This document shows positions 29,446 to 39,495 of a stretch of DNA of 64,000 nucleotides, in pieces. A program made the position numbers and the translations under genes. Every line of letters starts with the position of its first letter. Position 1 is the stretch's first letter. Source of the stretch: a virus (taxonomy: Duplodnaviria > Caudoviricetes); IMG/VR virus record IMGVR_UViG_3300037067_011302, positions 120,220 through 184,219 of that record, one strand, 5' to 3'. Under the pieces are notes generated by a model. That model did not search any database. It was not told where the DNA came from and worked only from the letters and a program-made list of their open reading frames with translations.

Positions 29446-32400
29446 GGCACACAGTCACATCACCGTTCATTCCTTCATTCTTGATCGCTGCTGCCGAAGG
29501 AACGAGGCCTGTGCAGTTATCGTTCAATGACGTCAGCGACACGAATATGTTGAGCACGTCGTCATTCATGTACGATGCAGCCGATGCACCGATGAAGTCA
29601 ACGCAGCAGCTCAACGTTGACTGGGCGCACTTCGAGAATCACACGTTCTTCATGTCGGCCGAGGCAAAGGTCAACCTAGCGTTCGACCAAATCATCAACG
29701 GATTTCCGTTCGATGGTTCTAGAAAGGACGTTGAAGAATTCTTTGAAAGGTTGACTGGGTACGACAAGTGGGTATTCAACGAATTTCCGAAGCACCGAGG
29801 ACAACTGCGATTTTCGGGAGGTCCTGTCGGTTCTTACGTTGTCGTCGAGGACGTTGCCGGCGGACTCTATCCTGAACTGGCAAAGAACAAGACGGGTGAG
29901 TCAATCCTGAATCCCAAGGACGGTGCATCGCTCAGTGTAGAGATGCAGTTGTTCCTTCCAAAGGTCACGAACGATTGTCAGGTCGTGTGCCAAAAATTGA
30001 GCGGCAGCACGCAGGGATTTTCGCTGTACGTTTCAGCGAGTTCACTTACGTCAAGTGCCGAGGCAATGTTCAGCGTCGTCTCGGGCACCACGTGTCTCAC
30101 CGTGCCCTTCACGCTCGACAAGGGGTTGTATAACCACCTGTGCGTGTCGTTGAATCGAGAGGGCGGCCTGCACTATCTGGAAGCATTCCAGGGTGCGGTG
30201 CTCAGTTCCTCGACACAGGCCCGTGCCGTGATCGGCGACATGGACATCGATGATTCACAGTTCATCATAGGCTCAGGGACAACGCTTTCGTTGGATGGAA
30301 CCACGTTCACTCCGAAACAGACGTTGTCGGGTACGATCGATGAGCTACGAGTGTTCCACTCAACACGTACCGAATCGCAGCAGGCGTTGTACGCTCAGAA
30401 GGCGCTGTATTCGACGTCCGACCTCAAGCTCTACTACAGGTTCAATGAGCCACCGATGTTGGCGACTTCAGGCAGCACGATCGATTCAATCGTCATTGAT
30501 AGCAGCGGAAATGCACTTCACTCGTATGTCACTAACTTCACAGGAAGCTTGAGGGAAAATTCAGCGCTCGATGCACTCAATCCGATGGTGTACGAAAAGG
30601 ATGAAACGATTCCTGTCCTATTCCCAAAGTACGCTGGCGTCGTTGATTTCAACGTTGAATTGTTGGCAAGCGCGTCCGAATACGACAGAGCAAATCCAAA
30701 CCTCATCACGAGGCTCGTTCCTGAACACTACCTGCTCGAGGGCGCAACGTTTGACGGATTTGATGAACCTGAGTGCAACGGCAATGATGCGTACTCCGGT
30801 GAAGGAATTCCCGGTGAGGGAAAGATCGGCAACGTGCAGATCATGTTGTCGTTGCTCTACGTGTACGCAAGATTTTTCGACGAATTGAAGTTGTTCGTCG
30901 ATGCGTTCAGCACGATTGGGTACGTTGACTACGACACGAACCTAAGCATGCCGAACAACTTCCTTCGTGACGTGATTTCGAGCTATGGTTTTGAGCTGCC
31001 TCCGTTGTTCAACGATTCGACGATCGAACAGTACATACGTGCCGAGAACATCGATCCGATGATCAGCACCGGTACGACGCCGTTGAAGAGCGTACAGCAC
31101 GAATTGTTGCGACGTGTGTTGATCAACCTGCCGGACGTCATTCGTTCAAAGGGAACGCAGCACAGCATCAAGGCATTCCTACGAACGATCGGCATCGATC
31201 CTGACAACAGCATGAGGATCAGGGAGTACGGCGGCCCGACGTCGCGGCACCTGACGTTCTCTCGAGAAAAGAAACGTGACGTCATGACGATGGTCGAATT
31301 TTCAACGTCATCGTACTTTGACACCGGAATATTGTCCGGCTCTCGCGTTGAGGTGGGATATCCCGAAGTCAGCGGCACGATGGTCATGAAGGACATTTTT
31401 GCGCCGCACGGCGTCAGCGACAGTGTTGATGACGGAATGTTCACGTCAGGATCGTGGACAATCGAGGCAACGTATGCATACAAGAAGACGCACGTTTCCT
31501 CGATGACGAATGCGACGCAGAGCCTCGTGAGGATGAACCTCATCGGGTGCAACACCTACAATGAGCCCGTGGGGTCAGGAATTGATCCACTTCTCGTTGC
31601 GAACTTGCTGGCGATTTCATCGTCAGTCGATCCCAGGATCTCCCTGTACATCAAGCCGACGATCTTGAATCGACCGATTGACGCTCCACTCGTGTTGACG
31701 TTGGACATTCCGACGGGAACGTTCTTTGACGGTGACGTGTGGCAGGTGTCGTTCGGGTGCCAACGAAATGATGAAATCGATTCATTGACATCATCGTCGT
31801 ACTTCTTACGCGTGGCATGTCAGAACAACGGAGAGATCTGGCACAGTCAGTCGACGTCGTCATACTACGATGATTCTGTGCAACACCTTGCAGGCAATCC
31901 CGACTATCCTAACGTTCTACGTAGCAAGTCGCTCGTCACTAGTCCTAGCCACGACCCTCACTTGAACATGGACGGCGTCGGAATCACATTGTCGATGGGA
32001 ACAAATCAATCGATCGCGTCAGGCCCAGGGGGTGACTATTTCTTGTTGAATACGACGGACGTTAATGTTCCTCCTGAAGCTCGAGCGACCGACTTCAATG
32101 GCATGGCGTCGAACCTTAGGTTCTGGTCGAAGGCACTGACGACAGACGAGTGGAAAGAACACGTGCTGAACTACAACTCACGCGGCGTTCATGATCCATT
32201 GGTGAACTTTAACTTTGAGCACGTTCGCACCGGTTCGTTCGAACGTCTAAGGCTTGAGACATTGTGTAAACAGGACACCCGTCGAGCAATTGCAACGGCA
32301 AGCCTAGGAATCCTGGGAACGATTGAATTTCTTGACTTCAGTCAGAACGGCATTCATTGTTCTGGTAGCGGTTTTCCAATCGAAAAAGACTGCGTGAAGC

Positions 32401-32990
32401 CGACGATGATTGACTTCAGCTACGTTTCGCCGAGGTTCGATGAGGCGGTCACTGATGAAAAGGTGAGGATCAGGAGCTACAATGATCAAGCGCTCGTCGA
32501 TGCAACGCCCTGGGCAGCACACGCTCCTGTGTATGAACTGTTGAAGAGCGAAGAGCCCATGGACGACACGAGGTTTTCAGTTGAATTTTCGTTGACTGAT
32601 GCGCTCGACAGGGACATCGTCACGATGTTTGCGACGTTGGACTCGTTCGACAATGCACTCGGCGCGCCGGAACTGTTGAACTCACCTGACTATCCCGACC
32701 TGGCAAGGTTGCAGGACATTTACTTTCATCGCATCGGTGAGAAGTTGAACTTCAAGGCGTTCCATGAATTCTTCAGGTGGTTCGATTCATCGATCGGCAC
32801 GTTCATTTCACAGCTCGTGCCGAAGAAGACCAATTTCAAGGGAGTGAACTTTACCGTGGAATCTCACATGTTGGAACGCTCTCACCTCGAATACTACCAG
32901 AATGAACAATATTTGTCGGAGACATCACGCGTGAGATTCAGTGATTCGTTGGTCCTACAACAGATCTTCGGAACGATCAAGAAATACTGA
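29436..32990 (+). CDS. Large baseplate/tail protein with LamG/concanavalin A-like domains
   Basis: LSGTIDELRVF, LKLYYRFNE, NLRFWSKALT, IRSKGTQHSIKAFL. Confidence 0.75.
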   Translation: MTTRHTVTSPFIPSFLIAAAEGTRPVQLSFNDVSDTNMLSTSSFMYDAADAPMKSTQQLNVDWAHFENHTFFMSAEAKVNLAFDQIINGFPFDGSRKDVEEFFERLTGYDKWVFNEFPKHRGQLRFSGGPVGSYVVVEDVAGGLYPELAKNKTGESILNPKDGASLSVEMQLFLPKVTNDCQVVCQKLSGSTQGFSLYVSASSLTSSAEAMFSVVSGTTCLTVPFTLDKGLYNHLCVSLNREGGLHYLEAFQGAVLSSSTQARAVIGDMDIDDSQFIIGSGTTLSLDGTTFTPKQTLSGTIDELRVFHSTRTESQQALYAQKALYSTSDLKLYYRFNEPPMLATSGSTIDSIVIDSSGNALHSYVTNFTGSLRENSALDALNPMVYEKDETIPVLFPKYAGVVDFNVELLASASEYDRANPNLITRLVPEHYLLEGATFDGFDEPECNGNDAYSGEGIPGEGKIGNVQIMLSLLYVYARFFDELKLFVDAFSTIGYVDYDTNLSMPNNFLRDVISSYGFELPPLFNDSTIEQYIRAENIDPMISTGTTPLKSVQHELLRRVLINLPDVIRSKGTQHSIKAFLRTIGIDPDNSMRIREYGGPTSRHLTFSREKKRDVMTMVEFSTSSYFDTGILSGSRVEVGYPEVSGTMVMKDIFAPHGVSDSVDDGMFTSGSWTIEATYAYKKTHVSSMTNATQSLVRMNLIGCNTYNEPVGSGIDPLLVANLLAISSSVDPRISLYIKPTILNRPIDAPLVLTLDIPTGTFFDGDVWQVSFGCQRNDEIDSLTSSSYFLRVACQNNGEIWHSQSTSSYYDDSVQHLAGNPDYPNVLRSKSLVTSPSHDPHLNMDGVGITLSMGTNQSIASGPGGDYFLLNTTDVNVPPEARATDFNGMASNLRFWSKALTTDEWKEHVLNYNSRGVHDPLVNFNFEHVRTGSFERLRLETLCKQDTRRAIATASLGILGTIEFLDFSQNGIHCSGSGFPIEKDCVKPTMIDFSYVSPRFDEAVTDEKVRIRSYNDQALVDATPWAAHAPVYELLKSEEPMDDTRFSVEFSLTDALDRDIVTMFATLDSFDNALGAPELLNSPDYPDLARLQDIYFHRIGEKLNFKAFHEFFRWFDSSIGTFISQLVPKKTNFKGVNFTVESHMLERSHLEYYQNEQYLSETSRVRFSDSLVLQQIFGTIKKY

Positions 32991-33071
32991 CGAAGCTAAA
33001 TAGCAATGTGCTAAATTGAACACATCGACAATTGATTCGTCGAATTGCATCATTTGTTGTAGGATGTAATC

Positions 33072-34268
33072 GTGCCTCACCTGACCCATAAAATCAGATT
33101 GTATCCAAACAAACAGGCCTTGAGTTACTTCGCTCAAGCAGCGGGTACGGCTCGATTTTCTTGGAACTGGGCACTCGCCAAGTGGCAGGAACTTTATAAA
33201 CAGGGCATCAAGGGTCTCTCAGGGTACACACTTGACAAGGAATTCAATAGGATCAAGAAGGATGAATTTCCTTGGACGAGTGAAATGTCTTCACAAGTCA
33301 CTCAGGTATCGATCCAAAATCTTGGAAAGGCGTTCAAGGGATTTTTCAATGGAAAAGGGTATCCAAAGTTCAAGAAGAGAGGTGCATCGAAAGAATCGTT
33401 TTATGTTGGACTGAATAATTCAAAAGTTGTAGGTAAATTCTTAAGGATCCCACGACTCAAGTCGTCAATTCTGATGGCGGAAGAAGTGAGGTTTTCTGGG
33501 AAAATTAAAAATGCAGTGATCTCGAAGGGTTCTGACGGAAACTGGTACGCTTCGTTCGGGATCGAGCTGGACGAAAGTTACGTCTATCCACATAAGTGTG
33601 AGAGCCAAGCACGAGTCGGTGTGGACCTTGGAATCAAGACGTTAGCAGTCTGTTCCGATGGTACGAGATTCGAGAACCCAAAGAGTTACAGGACACGTGA
33701 GAGGAAGATCAAGTCGTTGAGCCAATCTCTTTGTAGAAAGAAAAGAGGTTCTTCGAATCGGATGAAGGCACGGATCAAGTTAGCATGTGCTCATGCAAGA
33801 ATCAGGCGGATCAGGTTGGACGCGATTCACAAGATGACAACGTCAATCGTGAAGAGGTTCAGAGTGATCTGCATCGAAGATCTCAACGTGAAAGGCATGT
33901 TAAAGAACCACTGCCTTGCGAAGTCAGTTTCAGATGCATCATTCTCTGAGATTCGACGTCAGTTGGCGTACAAATCGAAACTGAGTGGGTCAGAGTTGAA
34001 CATTGTGAATAGGTTCTTCCCATCGAGCAAATTGTGTTCAGATTGTGGGCACAAGATGGAAGAACTTGATCTTTCGATTCGTGAGTGGGATTGTCCTGAG
34101 TGTGGCGCGGTCCATGACAGGGACCTAAACGCCGCACAAAATTTAGAAAAGTGGGTCGCCTTGGGGCACAGGGAGACCGAAAACGCCTGTGGAGATGGTA
34201 CAAGACGTGTAAAGGTTCGCAAGAACCCATCAACGCAACTATTTACGAAGCAGGAAGTCACACTGTGA
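33072..34268 (+). CDS. tnpB: RNA-guided endonuclease TnpB (family 2, close paralog of 28220..29419)
   Basis: Same motifs with an intact D-E-D triad. TAGGAT-N6-GTG leaderless promoter. Confidence 0.95.
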   Translation: MPHLTHKIRLYPNKQALSYFAQAAGTARFSWNWALAKWQELYKQGIKGLSGYTLDKEFNRIKKDEFPWTSEMSSQVTQVSIQNLGKAFKGFFNGKGYPKFKKRGASKESFYVGLNNSKVVGKFLRIPRLKSSILMAEEVRFSGKIKNAVISKGSDGNWYASFGIELDESYVYPHKCESQARVGVDLGIKTLAVCSDGTRFENPKSYRTRERKIKSLSQSLCRKKRGSSNRMKARIKLACAHARIRRIRLDAIHKMTTSIVKRFRVICIEDLNVKGMLKNHCLAKSVSDASFSEIRRQLAYKSKLSGSELNIVNRFFPSSKLCSDCGHKMEELDLSIREWDCPECGAVHDRDLNAAQNLEKWVALGHRETENACGDGTRRVKVRKNPSTQLFTKQEVTL

Positions 34269-34294
34269 TGTGTCAAGGATAGACGTACATGGCG
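34155..34294 (+). ncRNA. omegaRNA of TnpB family 2; scaffold ends near TCA 34275, guide (A)GGATAGACGTACATGG
   Basis: GGTTC-GCAA-GAACC and GTCAC-ACT-GTGAT hairpins. Confidence 0.7.
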
Positions 34295-36127
34295 ACAGAA
34301 CAATTTTCAAACGCGGCAACGACGACGCTGGCTTCAGGTATTTCTTCTGTCGCGACGACGCTCACCGTGTCGTCTGCAACGAAGTTTCCAACCGTCGGAC
34401 AGTTCAGGTTGTTGATTGACGATGAGATCATGCTCGTCACGGGCGTGTCCGGCACGACGTTCACCGTCGTCCGTGCATCCGAGGGAACGACGAACGTCAT
34501 ACACTCCGCTGGTACTGTGGTGATCCATCCACTCACTGCAGGTGCGATGCTTGCATTTCAAGCAGACACACTGTCGAGCGTGTTCAGCGCGTCGTTGTCA
34601 GGATCGAGCGTCGTGTGCGCTGCGGCTGGCGTGACGATCAACGGTCCGAGCACATTCATCACCGGAAGCACATTGTTGGGGCTCACCGGTTCAACGGTGA
34701 CGCTTACGGGCAAATCGTCAATCAACGGAACGAACGTTTGCCTGACTGGAAGCAATCTCATTGGATTGTCAGGATCAACATTGTCTGCAACTGGATCATT
34801 AATGTCTGTCGACTACTCGAGGACATTCATAACTGGTAGTGCTTATCTTGGTCTAAAGTGCAATGCAACATCGTATACCGAGATAACACCAATGACAACT
34901 TGGATTCAATCGCCAGTGGCGAGCATTCAAGGAAGTACAGCATTTAATGCCTATGCTACAACAAATACAATTCTTGGATATACGAATACATTCATCACCG
35001 GAAGCATATTTTTGGGTCTCACTGGTTCATCGGTGTTGATCGCAGGTAAGACGTCAATCGATGGCACAAACGTCTGCCTGACAGGTAGTAACCTCGTCGG
35101 ACTGTCCGGTTCGTCAATTCGTGTCAATAGTGACAACACAATCATCAATGGTTCGACAACGATCGATGGCACAAGAACGTTCGTCACCGGTTCAACGTTG
35201 TTGGGTCTAAAGGGAACGACGATTGCGTTGGCTGGCAACACGACAATCGATGGAACGAATTCATATCTGACAGGTAGCAACCTCATCGGGTTGTCGGGTT
35301 CATCGATTACATTGTCCAGTGATAACATCACGTTGAGCGGAACGCTGACGACAATCGGTGTAGACGGTGTTGCATCTACACTACAATTGGGTCCGACAGG
35401 TGCTGGTGCCGTCGTGACACGAAAATTGACCACTGGCACTGGTGACAACATACACATTCAGGCAACAACAGGTGGATCATTTCAAATTAATGCAAATGGA
35501 AATGCGTTTGGATGGCCTGATGGCGTGTATGGCAACGGCACCGTCACGTATATCGGCGCAAATAATGTATGGGGAATTCAGCTTTCAAATGTTCTTTTTC
35601 AAACGTATTTGCCTCTTCGAATTAAATCATCGACAGATTCTCTTCCGTTGACAGGCGATAGCATTCTATTCGGTTCAGATGATGCTTCAAATGGTTTAAC
35701 AGGCGTGACTGTAAAGATTCGTGCCGCCAATCTGACGTTGTCAAGTTCAGTTCCAAATAGCATTGCGATTGAAACTGGTAAGGGCCCAACGATCGGTGGC
35801 ACGGGTTCTCTGAATGCCGGTGGAGGAGCACAACGAGTCAATTGGAGCGATGTTGGCGTTCAACTCACCGGAAGCCTCGTACAGATCACCGGTTCCAACA
35901 TTGGTCTATACGGCGACACGATCTTGATGCGTGGGCCCGATTCAAACAATGCGGCGTTCCATGCACAACCTCAGAGTTGGAACTCAGGAAAGGGAACATT
36001 GTTCCTTGGAGATTGTACGGTCGTTCCGGTGGCGGCACCGGTCTCAGGCGTCTACCTATACGTTGAGAGCGGGAGCCTGAAGGCGATGTCTCCGTCCGGA
36101 TACGTTGCAACGCTGTGTCCTGCATGA
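34289..36127 (+). CDS. Tail fibre-like protein with internal TGS/SGS repeats
   Basis: N-terminal TTTLASGI..FP..EIMLVT..FTVVRA module. Repeated FITGSxxLGLTGS / CLTGSNLIGLSGS units. Confidence 0.75.
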   Translation: MATEQFSNAATTTLASGISSVATTLTVSSATKFPTVGQFRLLIDDEIMLVTGVSGTTFTVVRASEGTTNVIHSAGTVVIHPLTAGAMLAFQADTLSSVFSASLSGSSVVCAAAGVTINGPSTFITGSTLLGLTGSTVTLTGKSSINGTNVCLTGSNLIGLSGSTLSATGSLMSVDYSRTFITGSAYLGLKCNATSYTEITPMTTWIQSPVASIQGSTAFNAYATTNTILGYTNTFITGSIFLGLTGSSVLIAGKTSIDGTNVCLTGSNLVGLSGSSIRVNSDNTIINGSTTIDGTRTFVTGSTLLGLKGTTIALAGNTTIDGTNSYLTGSNLIGLSGSSITLSSDNITLSGTLTTIGVDGVASTLQLGPTGAGAVVTRKLTTGTGDNIHIQATTGGSFQINANGNAFGWPDGVYGNGTVTYIGANNVWGIQLSNVLFQTYLPLRIKSSTDSLPLTGDSILFGSDDASNGLTGVTVKIRAANLTLSSSVPNSIAIETGKGPTIGGTGSLNAGGGAQRVNWSDVGVQLTGSLVQITGSNIGLYGDTILMRGPDSNNAAFHAQPQSWNSGKGTLFLGDCTVVPVAAPVSGVYLYVESGSLKAMSPSGYVATLCPA

Positions 36128-36136
36128 GGAATAACA

Positions 36137-36532
36137 ATGGCAATCGTCTACAATGATTGGTCAGGTGGAATCGCATCACAGGGATGCGTGACGGTCATCG
36201 GTGCGACCAGAACACGGTTGGGTTACGTGCTCGACGCTGACTTACCAGCATCGGCGGGAGCAAATAAAGCACTGATCAAGGTTTCATTATCAGCCCGCGC
36301 GACTTCCGGTGACTACATGTGTGGGCACGACATTTATGAATTCAACGGTGGCGAAGGTTCGCATGACTGGCTAATCCTGGATCGTAGTTGGTTGTCGAGC
36401 GGCGCTGACAACTGGACAGTTGAATTTGCTGACGGCACTGACCTGGAGTTATTCTTCACCGGCGAGGCTGCACACACGATTGACGTAGGTTACACGATTG
36501 AGATTTTGAATAAGTCGAGGTACTCGCTGTGA
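36137..36532 (+). CDS. Tail-fibre-associated protein
   Basis: Shares SGD..G / W...LxFTG segments with the N-terminus of 37589. Confidence 0.6.
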   Translation: MAIVYNDWSGGIASQGCVTVIGATRTRLGYVLDADLPASAGANKALIKVSLSARATSGDYMCGHDIYEFNGGEGSHDWLILDRSWLSSGADNWTVEFADGTDLELFFTGEAAHTIDVGYTIEILNKSRYSL

Positions 36533-37581
36533 ACACACTTGATGAATTTAACATCACGTCAATCGGCTACAGGGACCTCGCCGGCGCCGGAACGAATGAG
36601 ATCAACACGATCTGTTCTGCAACGTTGCCGGACGGCACAATCTCACTCGTTACGTCGTACTTTAATGCATGTGAAGATGCCAGTCCATCGAATGAAAGGT
36701 ACGGATTCATTCAATCTCTTGTACAGAGGTCAGGTTCAAATGTGTCGATCATTGGAACAGTGACGTCGTCGATTGCGGGTTCAATGGACTGGCAGTTCAT
36801 CATGTCATCCAGTTCGTCAACATTGTTGACAAGCCTCTCATCGTCTGACGCAAAGATTAAAAACGTGAACGTCACGATGCACGTTGAGCCAGCGTTTACA
36901 ATGTTCGATCCAATGATCCTATCGCCCCTCGCGTACTATAAAGCCGTTCCAAAGAACCTTGCATTCGATGCGACTGGAAAGGTGACGACGCTATTGAATT
37001 CTGTGTCAACGTCGTACATGTTAACACAATCAAATGCAACGTTAAGACCATCGTACTCTCCACGAGCAACGTGGCACACTTCCAACGCACAATCACATTA
37101 TCTTCAATCAGGACCGATCCCGTTGGCATCAGGTGATCCTGTGTACACGATTGCATTTGTCGCGGAATTTACAAGCCTTCCAGCCGCTGGTGAATTTCCT
37201 CACATCATTCAAATAGGTGCATCAACGTTGTCAGGCGTTCGTATCTACCTTGCACCTGGAAATACGTGGGTCATCTATCATGATGGTGTGGAGTACGCAG
37301 CATTTTCAGCCACTCCACCCACCGGATCGTGCTTCAGTGGTGTTGCATATTATGACGGAACGAACATTGCAATGACAATGAATAATGTTGTGATTAGAAC
37401 GCCAACGCCTCTTGGTAATCTCACAGAACCAACAGTATGTACAACATTTGGATCTGACAATACAGGTGCGTACATATTCTATGGAAAGATCTACGAGGCC
37501 GCGGTCTACGATCGGTGTCTCACTGCCGACGAAAGAAGACGATTGTCTGCTTATTACACCTCGATGTATGGCGTTGCGTGA
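36529..37581 (+). CDS. LamG/concanavalin A-like lectin-domain tail protein
   Basis: FDPMILSPLAYY...YGKIYEAAVYDRCLT. Confidence 0.7.
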   Translation: MNTLDEFNITSIGYRDLAGAGTNEINTICSATLPDGTISLVTSYFNACEDASPSNERYGFIQSLVQRSGSNVSIIGTVTSSIAGSMDWQFIMSSSSSTLLTSLSSSDAKIKNVNVTMHVEPAFTMFDPMILSPLAYYKAVPKNLAFDATGKVTTLLNSVSTSYMLTQSNATLRPSYSPRATWHTSNAQSHYLQSGPIPLASGDPVYTIAFVAEFTSLPAAGEFPHIIQIGASTLSGVRIYLAPGNTWVIYHDGVEYAAFSATPPTGSCFSGVAYYDGTNIAMTMNNVVIRTPTPLGNLTEPTVCTTFGSDNTGAYIFYGKIYEAAVYDRCLTADERRRLSAYYTSMYGVA

Positions 37582-37588
37582 GGACTAA

Positions 37589-38683
37589 ATGACATCTTAC
37601 TACGACACAATCAGTGGAAAAGTTGCGTCTGGAATCGCCTACGTTTCTGGCTCCGGAATTGCAACCATCTGTCGCTATACGCCGACCGACGGACACATCG
37701 TCAACGTGCGCGCACCCTACATAGCCGTTGCCGTGTCAGGAGACTGCAGAGGTGGAATTGTGTCAGGTGCAATCTATCGCTCCGGATCTGTGACGTCGAT
37801 ATTGTCCACGGGTCACGATTCACTCTCAAGTGGTTCAACGGCTTCCTCATGGTCATGCAACCTCGACTCGCTCGGCACTGACGTGTTGCTGTCATTCACT
37901 GGTTCAGTGGATGCTGTAAAGGTCGCCGGTTCGATGACAGCGTCTCCGAGCACACTTGCGTGGAATCCTCTATTGTTGTCTCCTATGGCATACTACGTTG
38001 CCACGTCGTCAGTCATGACGTTGAGTGGGAACGACGTTGTCCAGTGGAACGATGCATCGGGCAACGGATATCACCTCGGACAGGCGACCGAATCAAAGAG
38101 GCCTCACCTCGTCGATGCACCGACGATCACCAACAACACGATCGGCAGAAAGTCGCCGGCCGTGCAGTTCACCAAAGCAGCAACACAGTTTCTCACCGGC
38201 ACGGTGTTACCTTACCTGACGTCTTCATACACAATGTCGTCGGTCGTTCGAATGAACACTGGAAGCTGGCCGAATGCATCACAGACGAATTGTCTTTGGA
38301 TCAACGGTGAGGTTGCAGGCTCAGGACAATCAGTTGACATACGCATCTTGTCAACCGTCCTCGGCGTTCTTCTCTACCACGCGCCGCCAATCAACGCAAT
38401 GTGTTTCAATGGCGTTGCGGAGAGCTATGAGCCCAAGTCGGTGTCAGTGAGGTACGGTTCTGATGTCGGTGAGGTGAGGTACGGAAGTGACGTTGCGACT
38501 GCTGCGATGGTAACGTCGTCGATTGCCGTCGGATTTAACACGATCGGTGCACGAGCAAATACTTCTTCAGATGCGTTCGACGGCTACGTGCACGAGATGT
38601 CAATCTACAATCGACGATTGGATGACGCTGAAATTGCGATGCTGTCGCAGTATTACCTGTCACGATATGGCACGCCGGCGTAG
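37589..38683 (+). CDS. LamG/concanavalin A-like lectin-domain tail protein
   Basis: WNPLLLSPMAYY, VVQWNDASGNGYHL, FDGYVHEMSIYNRRL. Confidence 0.75.
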   Translation: MTSYYDTISGKVASGIAYVSGSGIATICRYTPTDGHIVNVRAPYIAVAVSGDCRGGIVSGAIYRSGSVTSILSTGHDSLSSGSTASSWSCNLDSLGTDVLLSFTGSVDAVKVAGSMTASPSTLAWNPLLLSPMAYYVATSSVMTLSGNDVVQWNDASGNGYHLGQATESKRPHLVDAPTITNNTIGRKSPAVQFTKAATQFLTGTVLPYLTSSYTMSSVVRMNTGSWPNASQTNCLWINGEVAGSGQSVDIRILSTVLGVLLYHAPPINAMCFNGVAESYEPKSVSVRYGSDVGEVRYGSDVATAAMVTSSIAVGFNTIGARANTSSDAFDGYVHEMSIYNRRLDDAEIAMLSQYYLSRYGTPA

Positions 38684-38686
38684 GCG

Positions 38687-39364
38687 TCAAACGTCATCGA
38701 TGTCTGTCGTGTATTCGAAATCGACGTCACTCTCATCGGGATTGTAGACACCCGCTCCAGGAAGCCAGTAATCCCTCAAGAATTTTCTTATGTTTTCCTT
38801 GGGACCCTCGACAGAAAAAATTGGATTACCATGTAGATCGGCCTTGCCGTCGACAAACTCGCAGTCAAGTTTGAGCGGCGCGCAAACCGTTTTAGCCCAT
38901 GACAAATTGTCAGAGCATGATGCCTTGTAAATTTTTTCAACGCTCGCATCGACAACGTCATCTTTCATGCCAACGTCATCATATTGTTTCTGCGAAAATG
39001 AACTGCACTTTCTTTCAGGACACTCGACATCGTTCATCCCAATATACGCATTTTTGTTGCCACACTTTGGACAGACGGCTTCATCAACGCCGAAGTTGGT
39101 ACGCCGCCAACCCATCATTCCTCGAGCAGCCTTTCCTTTACGTGACAGGCTTCCCAACACCTCACGCGCGATCGTTTGAGTCGTTGGTGTGCCACTGTCG
39201 AGCATGAAGTCGGCAACATCGTGCACTGTCTTTGCACCGGCTGACAGTGCCTGCAGAGCTAGGTCTTCACGTTCCTTGTCTTCCCAAGAATCTCCACGTG
39301 ATTCACGCACGACTTGTTTGATCAATCCACGTAGTTGGCCAGGTGACAATTTCATAGTTTTCAT
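38687..39364 (-). CDS. Putative internal virion protein with leader helix and zinc ribbon
   Basis: MKTMKLSPGQLRGLIKQVVRES, then DEAVCPKCGNKNAYIGMNDVEC. Confidence 0.7.
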   Translation of the reverse strand: MKTMKLSPGQLRGLIKQVVRESRGDSWEDKEREDLALQALSAGAKTVHDVADFMLDSGTPTTQTIAREVLGSLSRKGKAARGMMGWRRTNFGVDEAVCPKCGNKNAYIGMNDVECPERKCSSFSQKQYDDVGMKDDVVDASVEKIYKASCSDNLSWAKTVCAPLKLDCEFVDGKADLHGNPIFSVEGPKENIRKFLRDYWLPGAGVYNPDESDVDFEYTTDIDDV

Positions 39365-39495
39365 GGTGATTCCGATGATTAACTATGTTTGTGCACGTGT
39401 ATTGTCGCAGACGTTGTGTGATTTGTAATTGTGTTGCACGTGGCCGAACATGTTCATCGCTTTCTACTTAGAGGTGTCAACTACAGGAATTCACG

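Noticed and set aside
12452-34268. Nuclease-dead TldR-type regulators
   Set aside because: All three TnpBs keep the RuvC D, E and D residues.
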